From the IMG/VR virus record IMGVR_UViG_3300039065_000016: a DNA stretch of 64,000 bases. One strand, given 5' to 3'. The notes under the pieces are model-generated. The model was not told where the DNA came from and did no database searches. It saw only the letters and a program-made list of their open reading frames with translations. Origin of the DNA: a virus. This document shows positions 58,766 through 64,000 of this stretch, piece by piece. The number at the start of each line of letters is the position of its first letter. Position 1 is the first letter of the stretch. The position numbers and the translations under genes are program-made.

Positions 58766-59316
58766 TCATCGAACGAATCATGAATAGCGAACTCCATGAC
58801 CTGGTGGTAAAATGGGGTGCCGACCGTAACCTGATCAAAGGCTCTTCGGCCAAAGATCAGTTTCTCAAGCTGGTAGAAGAATTCGCAGAAGTTTGCGAAG
58901 CCTACATCCAGAATGACACCGCCGAAGTGAAAGACGGCATCGGCGATGTCATGGTCGTGGCCACCATCATGGCCGCGCAGCTCGGCGAAAATCTGTTCGA
59001 CCATATGTCAGCCTTCGTCTTGGCGGTCGAGCGCCGCCCGTCCTACGGCGAAGATCTGAAATTACTCGGCGACCTGGCCGGCTCGCTGGCTCGCGGAAAT
59101 CAGTGGCTTGCCATCAAGAGCTTGGTCATGGCAGTCGCATCCCTGTTCGACGCGGCAGAAGAGCACGACACCAGCATGCTCGAATGCTACCAGGCGGCCT
59201 ACGACACCATCAAGGATCGCAAGGGCGTAATGTACAACGGCGTGTTCATCAAGGAGTCGGATGAGCGCTATGCATCGATCATGGCCGAGCTGAATCACGC
59301 CAACGAAACCATCTGA
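58762..59316 (+). CDS. mazG: MazG-like nucleotide pyrophosphohydrolase
   Basis: KLVEEFAEVCEAYIQND...DGIGDVMVVATIMA gives the EExxE...D metal-binding pattern. ATGA overlap. Confidence 0.65.
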   Translation: MIIERIMNSELHDLVVKWGADRNLIKGSSAKDQFLKLVEEFAEVCEAYIQNDTAEVKDGIGDVMVVATIMAAQLGENLFDHMSAFVLAVERRPSYGEDLKLLGDLAGSLARGNQWLAIKSLVMAVASLFDAAEEHDTSMLECYQAAYDTIKDRKGVMYNGVFIKESDERYASIMAELNHANETI

Positions 59317-59334
59317 TCCGGCTTACCGCCATTC

Positions 59335-59360
59335 AGCCCGGTTCGCCGGGCTTCTTTCTG
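59335..59360 (+). terminator. intrinsic terminator
   Basis: agcccgg-ttcg-ccgggct followed by tctttct. Confidence 0.65.
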
Positions 59361-59369
59361 GAGTACTGT

Positions 59370-60281
59370 ATGAAACCCATGCTCGCATCGAACTATGACC
59401 CGGAACTTCTGGACGGCCAGTTGCCGATGTACTTTTCTCCGAAGATCGATGGTTTTCGCTGTTTCATATTTGAAGGCGAAGCCTTGACGCGAAGCCTAAA
59501 GCCGCAGACCAACCAGTCCATCCGTGAATATCTCAGCGATGCAATGTTCGATGGCCTGGATGGCGAACTGGTCTGCGGCGACATCAGAGACCCGAAAGTA
59601 TTCCAGAAGTCGTCCGGCGACCTTCGCCGTCGCGACGGTGAACCGGATTGGTCTTTCCACGTGTTTGACGATTTCACCGATCCGCGCGCGCCGACCGAAG
59701 AGCGACTGGCCAGAGCTGCCGAGCGCGTCAGCTTTCTGAAGAACTGCATCGGCTATGAGAGGATTCACCTAGTCGAGCAGGAACTGGTCACCTCCATCGA
59801 ACAGTTCAGCGAAGTCGAACGTCGCCACACAGGACTTGGATTCGAAGGCTCCATGGGCAAGCGCGCTGATGGCGCATACAAGTTCGGGCGCTCTACTGCC
59901 AAGGAAGGTTACTGTGTCAAGGTTAAGCGCTATGACTATGATGAAGCAGAGATTGTTGACGTCGAAGAGCTGATGCACAACAACAACGAAGCATTCACGG
60001 ATGAGCTAGGTCGCACGGCCCGCTCCAGCCATGCGGAAAATCTGGCCCCATCAGGCATGGTTGGAGCATTCGTCTGCCGCAACGAGGTTTTGTGGCCTGG
60101 AGTTACCTTCAATGTGTCGGCGTCCAGCCTGACCCACGACGAGAAAAAACGGCTCTGGAATGACAGGGAACATCTCAAGCGCCAGGTCATCCGATTTAAG
60201 CACTTCTCCCATGGCGCCAAGGATAAGCCACGACACGCTGTCTTCGACTGCTGGCTGGACGGATGGGGTGCCAGCCACTGA
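59370..60281 (+). CDS. lig: ATP-dependent DNA ligase
   Basis: Adenylation motif I FSPKIDGFR (KxDG). At 303 aa it is the size of a minimal phage ligase. EG-x-M and K-x-K-type motifs follow (FEGSMGK, CVKVKR). Confidence 0.8.
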   Translation: MKPMLASNYDPELLDGQLPMYFSPKIDGFRCFIFEGEALTRSLKPQTNQSIREYLSDAMFDGLDGELVCGDIRDPKVFQKSSGDLRRRDGEPDWSFHVFDDFTDPRAPTEERLARAAERVSFLKNCIGYERIHLVEQELVTSIEQFSEVERRHTGLGFEGSMGKRADGAYKFGRSTAKEGYCVKVKRYDYDEAEIVDVEELMHNNNEAFTDELGRTARSSHAENLAPSGMVGAFVCRNEVLWPGVTFNVSASSLTHDEKKRLWNDREHLKRQVIRFKHFSHGAKDKPRHAVFDCWLDGWGASH

Positions 60282-60304
60282 TTCTAGCGTACACTAGAGC
60301 GAAG

Positions 60305-60351
60305 AAAACCCGGACTCCTTACCCTAAAGGCGATCCGGGTTTTCTCGTTTT
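60305..60351 (+). terminator. intrinsic terminator (large loop)
   Basis: aaaacccgga-19 nt-tccgggtttt followed by ctcgtttt. Confidence 0.55.
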
Positions 60352-60560
60352 AATGTCGACAAATTAAGCCTTAGACCGGACTCGGCCGCCAGAGTTCCTT
60401 GGCCAGAAAGAAGGCGATTTAATATCGCGGTGCGTATCGTTAAACAGTTAAGCGCGAGCATTTTCGTCGAGTTATAATAGCGCCCGACCCTTCCGATTAA
60501 CACAGCGCATCCCCAAGCCATTATCGGGGTGAGGAGAAGACCGCAAACAGAGGACTAAAC

Positions 60561-60812
60561 ATGAAACGCAAAGAGCATCGCAAGCGCTTTCGGCCAAGAA
60601 TAAGCCCAAGGCTCCGGGAAGAGTTGATATCCGTTCTGACAAAGATCATAGGCGAGACAGTTAAGGATAAAGTGGTAAGAGCGCTGTTAATCGGCGTTTT
60701 GAGTTCGCTAGGGAACTATGTGGACTCAGTTACCCAGGAAGAGTCCGTCGCGCCTACTGAAGTCAGAAAGATTGAAGAGGCAAAGCCGGAAAGCAAAAAG
60801 GCCGCTGAATAA
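60561..60812 (+). CDS. hypothetical protein (83 aa), very basic N-terminus
   Basis: Track ORF. AGAGGA SD. Confidence 0.5.
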   Translation: MKRKEHRKRFRPRISPRLREELISVLTKIIGETVKDKVVRALLIGVLSSLGNYVDSVTQEESVAPTEVRKIEEAKPESKKAAE

Positions 60813-60827
60813 GCGGCCTTTCTTTTC
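60797..60827. terminator. bidirectional intrinsic terminator
   Basis: aaaggccgct-gaata-agcggccttt with cttttc on the + strand and tttttgcttt on the - strand. Separates the convergent 60561..60812 gene and the endolysin gene. Confidence 0.75.
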
Positions 60828-60835
60828 GGAGAAGA

Positions 60836-61498
60836 TCAGGAGCCTTGATTGATCGCGGCGACGGTCTTCACATATCGGTTTATCCGGAGCTGACCGTGGT
60901 TCGCATCGTTCGGCGCAGCGCCGTTGATGGTCTTCACGACCATAGAGAAGTTGTTGGATTCCGCCATGGGTATGCAGCGATTGCGCCAGAAGAACCATGC
61001 CGAAGACATCGACGCGCCGGCAGGAGTTTCCAGCAGCTCCGGCTTCTCCAGAACGTCCATGCCGGAGTCTTCGGCAAACAGGGCATAGTTCGATTTCCCG
61101 GTCAGCTGAATCAGTCCGCGACCGCGATACTTCCAGCCGTCCCCGTCCTGCTCGCATCCATTACCCATGCGGTCAGCGTACACGTTGTTGGCGATGGCGA
61201 CCGGATTGCGAGCCAGGCGGTTCGCCAGAGCGTTCGGTACATACGGACGGACACGCGGGTCCACGGCATATCGGCGCGGCCAAGTGTTGGCCAGTCCTTG
61301 AGCGCTGTAGTTGAGATTCTCCACCAGACTCACCAGTCCACCGGATTCGACACCGATGTTGGCGAGGTAAGCCGCGATGGCTCGCGGCGACTCGATCTGG
61401 AATTTATCCATGGCCGCCTGGATGTCATCCAGCCACTTGATCGCCCGATCCGTGGTACACCCGGTTCCGGTGATCAAAATATCCTTCGTTATTTTCAT
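60836..61498 (-). CDS. endolysin, glycoside hydrolase family 19 (chitinase-like)
   Basis: AAYLANIGVESGG and YRGRGLIQLTGKSNY are the GH19 catalytic-region motifs. 220 aa. ATGA overlap with the upstream gene. Confidence 0.8.
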   Translation of the reverse strand: MKITKDILITGTGCTTDRAIKWLDDIQAAMDKFQIESPRAIAAYLANIGVESGGLVSLVENLNYSAQGLANTWPRRYAVDPRVRPYVPNALANRLARNPVAIANNVYADRMGNGCEQDGDGWKYRGRGLIQLTGKSNYALFAEDSGMDVLEKPELLETPAGASMSSAWFFWRNRCIPMAESNNFSMVVKTINGAAPNDANHGQLRINRYVKTVAAINQGS

Positions 61499-61926
61499 CA
61501 GTACTCCTGATTTTTGAACATTGTTTTCAGAGCCATGGGAAGTCGCGGCCGATCCCCGCTATTCCAGTCGCGAATCTGCTGCCTCCAGTGAACGAGGGCT
61601 GCGATCAGCCCAGGGCCGTCCGTGGTTTCGATACCCAGCCGTCTCTGCTCGTCGTGACGATCTATGGGCCAGCGGGTATCCCGAAGGATAGCCCGCTTTT
61701 CCCTGGCTCGTATAGCGTCCTGCAAGGCCTTCTCCCGCTTCGAATCGACCGGGGCGATAGGCCCGTGCTCCCCAGATAGAATCGCAGCGTATATGGCCCT
61801 TCCGTGGGCCTCCACGTCTTGCGGATTGGCGGTGAACGGCACTTCACCGATTCCCTCGAAAGTCACCATGGCGTGGATGTTTACTGCGTCCAGCCAACGT
61901 GGGTTTCTGATCCGCGTCCATCTCAT
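61498..61926 (-). CDS. tail fibre assembly chaperone
   Basis: 142 aa, immediately downstream of the fibre gene. FTANPQDVEAHGRAIYAAILSGEHGPIAP and the later ...ALVHWRQQIRDW fit the Tfa layout. Confidence 0.55.
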   Translation of the reverse strand: MRWTRIRNPRWLDAVNIHAMVTFEGIGEVPFTANPQDVEAHGRAIYAAILSGEHGPIAPVDSKREKALQDAIRAREKRAILRDTRWPIDRHDEQRRLGIETTDGPGLIAALVHWRQQIRDWNSGDRPRLPMALKTMFKNQEY

Positions 61927-61927
61927 T

Positions 61928-64000
61928 TTACGTCACTCGCTGGAAAAGGGTCGCGGAGTCAGGGGTGTTGGCGTCTCTGTTGACTACATATCCCATGCAG
62001 CGCCAAGTTCCGGCAGGTTTTTGACCGCTATTGTAGTTTGCGGCGCAAGACGAGTAGATGAGAATGGAACCGTCCACTACCACTCCGGGTTGAACGGTTG
62101 CGATTGGAGCGGCATTATCCAGAACCGCGAAAATGCCATAGGAACCGACTCCGCCCAGACCGACCTGAACCAACGCCTGGTTGATGTAGTTGTTGTAGTT
62201 CCCGGCGTGGATGACTGGGTAGGCGTTTGCCCCCAGGTTTCCACCACCTACTTTGAGAACGTTGTCGGTATCCAAGCCGAAGTTGACGAAGATACTTCCA
62301 CCACGCTCGAAAGTGACTGCGGCCGCTTGCCCTGAATGCGCGCCATTCTGTAGGTTGATGGCACCAACTCGACCGGACGAAGCGATGCCGCTACCAGTAC
62401 CCGAAATGCGGTTGAAGATCATGTTGCCGTTGGTGGCGTTCGCGGCGTTCAAATCCACTTTCGTCGCCGGATCAAAGTTTCCGGATCGCCAGACGGTTTG
62501 GCCGTTCCAGGACGGCGCGGTCGGGTTGGACGCCCAAAGATTCATGATGTTGCTGGAATCGGCGATTTCCCTGGAGTTGTTGCCGAGCGATCCGCCGCCC
62601 CATTTCAGCTTGTTGTCGGTATCGATGCCGAAGAACGCGCCCCAGTTCCCAGGGCGAATAAACGCGATCACAGCAGGCTTAGCAGATGGCCCAGTCGGCG
62701 AGTTATAAATCGTCAGGGGCGCCTGGGAATAGTCGGACAGAGACGCGATTGGTGCAAACGGCAGGGTTCCGCTGAATATCGCAGTGCTGCTAGTCTCCTG
62801 CGTGCCGGCTTTGATGGTTAGCTTTGTGTTCGGGTTGAAGTTCCATTCACCCCAGAACCATTGACCTCCCCAAACAGGAGCGCCAGACATTCCATTGACG
62901 TGATTCCGAATATTCGACTCGTCAGTGACCACATAGGAGTTATTGCCGAGCGACCAGCCTGCTCGCTTCAATTGGCCGTCCTTGTCCATTCCCAAATACC
63001 AGCCGGTTTGGGAGTTGTCGAAGTAGATGGCCGCAGGCTCGCCACCCCCTCTACCGAAGATTTGAAGAGCTGCGTTTCCATACGATGCAGTTGTGGAGCT
63101 GGAGCCCCAGGTGTTCATATTTCCGGTATTGCTGGTGGTATTACGAATTCCGGTCGGCCCCGAAATATTGTTGGTAGTACCGACAGTGAGCTTGGTGGCC
63201 GGATCAAAGTTTCCGGAGTCCCACGGAACATATTGTCCAGCAAACAGAGGGCGATTGTTGAATATGACGTTCGTGGACGCCCAGTCCCATCGCATGACCT
63301 GCGAGCGATAAGAGCCGTCCGGGTTGGTGGTATTGACTGCGATAACCGCGTTGTTGTTGGCGTCCACACCTTGTGCGAAGGTGAATTTCCAACCGGGCTG
63401 ATCGGCAGTTGTGTTCTGCCAAAGGGGGCCAGAGTTCGCGATGTACGCGAGGTTTTTCGCAACATCCAGTCGCGGCTGGAGGAATGTAACATTCGACCTG
63501 CTGAACAGGATATCCTGGGTAGGACCAGCGGACCCCTGGCGAGAATAGAACGCCATCGACCCATCAGCTTCAGAGATAAAGCGATAGTCGAAGTCTTTGG
63601 CGCGGTTGTTGTTGAAGTGGAAATCGATGAAAGGACGAGCGTCAGACAACTCCAGATTGGCGAACCACGGTGTGGTGTCTTGGATGGCGACGTTCGGCTT
63701 GTTGACGACGTCAGCCCAGTCCACTTCAGTCAACTTTTGGGACGCGACATAGTCCTTAACCTGTTTCCAGCTGGGAGCCTGATAATCTTGATCGGCGTTG
63801 CCTACTTGGATGCGCGGCGCGCCTGCGAGAATCCTCCAACGGTCGCCGGTGGCGTCGAATACAAGCTCAGCAATGAGTCCTTGACCGAGTTCTCCACCAG
63901 TCAACGGGAAGTTTGCCGCGCCGACGATGGCCTTGGCGCCAAATCCGGAGACGTTGATGGTGGAGGCGCCGGTGTTAACGGTGTTGAACTTGACCCGAAG
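61928..64000 (-). CDS. tail fibre protein (5' end beyond window)
   Basis: The frame of track ORF 61928..63904 stays open upstream to nt 64000 (LRVKFNTVNTGASTINVSGFGAKAIVGAANFPLTGGELGQG...). That is a typical fibre N-terminal region, so 63904 (TTG) is not the true start. Three internal repeat units. Confidence 0.75.
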   Translation of the reverse strand, partial: LRVKFNTVNTGASTINVSGFGAKAIVGAANFPLTGGELGQGLIAELVFDATGDRWRILAGAPRIQVGNADQDYQAPSWKQVKDYVASQKLTEVDWADVVNKPNVAIQDTTPWFANLELSDARPFIDFHFNNNRAKDFDYRFISEADGSMAFYSRQGSAGPTQDILFSRSNVTFLQPRLDVAKNLAYIANSGPLWQNTTADQPGWKFTFAQGVDANNNAVIAVNTTNPDGSYRSQVMRWDWASTNVIFNNRPLFAGQYVPWDSGNFDPATKLTVGTTNNISGPTGIRNTTSNTGNMNTWGSSSTTASYGNAALQIFGRGGGEPAAIYFDNSQTGWYLGMDKDGQLKRAGWSLGNNSYVVTDESNIRNHVNGMSGAPVWGGQWFWGEWNFNPNTKLTIKAGTQETSSTAIFSGTLPFAPIASLSDYSQAPLTIYNSPTGPSAKPAVIAFIRPGNWGAFFGIDTDNKLKWGGGSLGNNSREIADSSNIMNLWASNPTAPSWNGQTVWRSGNFDPATKVDLNAANATNGNMIFNRISGTGSGIASSGRVGAINLQNGAHSGQAAAVTFERGGSIFVNFGLDTDNVLKVGGGNLGANAYPVIHAGNYNNYINQALVQVGLGGVGSYGIFAVLDNAAPIATVQPGVVVDGSILIYSSCAANYNSGQKPAGTWRCMGYVVNRDANTPDSATLFQRVT

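Overview
The window reads as a nearly complete genome of a virulent contractile-tailed dsDNA phage. I saw no integrase, repressor or host genes. From memory, the gene order and several proteins (GH19 endolysin, C-family DNA polymerase, ThyX-like enzyme, ATP ligase, tape measure with SLT domain) resemble the PB1-like (Pbunavirus) Pseudomonas myophages. I cannot verify that without a database search. About 91 protein-coding genes are supported, in alternating strand blocks. (-) 1-21617 holds virion morphogenesis genes: portal, Mu-F-like protein, scaffold/protease, capsid, connectors, sheath, two tube paralogues, tape measure and baseplate. (+) 21797-28141 holds small early genes. (-) 28178-29560 is an isolated large terminase gene. 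(+) 29760-36251 holds more small early genes driven by a reiterated sigma70-type promoter/5'-UTR cassette. (-) 36414-36992 is a putative small terminase gene, followed by a 970-nt gene-free island. (-) 37962-43410 is a primase/helicase block. (+) 43578-60812 holds replication, nucleotide-metabolism and holin-like genes: RecD-like helicase, flavoprotein, ThyX-like enzyme, HAD fusion protein, DnaQ-like exonuclease, Pol III alpha-like polymerase, VRR-NUC, SNF2, SSB candidate, MazG-like protein and ligase. (-) 60836-64000 holds the endolysin, fibre chaperone and tail fibre; the fibre runs off the 3' edge, and the first gene enters from the 5' edge. I found no tRNA, rRNA, CRISPR array or transposable element. 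The most unusual signals are as follows. (1) Two colinear copies of a ~300-bp AT-rich non-coding module (17777-18081 and 37445-37727), each closed by a long-range stem and full of short iterons and palindromes. (2) The 970-nt island around copy B, with mirror-image GT-rich/CA-rich arms and helically phased TGTTA repeats. (3) A G9 homopolymer between a perfect SD+ATG and the baseplate-J start. (4) A pyrophosphatase-like domain fused to the portal C-terminus. (5) A reiterated early promoter/leader cassette, two copies of which sit inside a palindromic operator. (6) An exact intergenic 11-mer, CCGTTCGTCGG. All functional calls rest on motifs read by eye and on gene order. No similarity search, RNA folding or statistics could be run.
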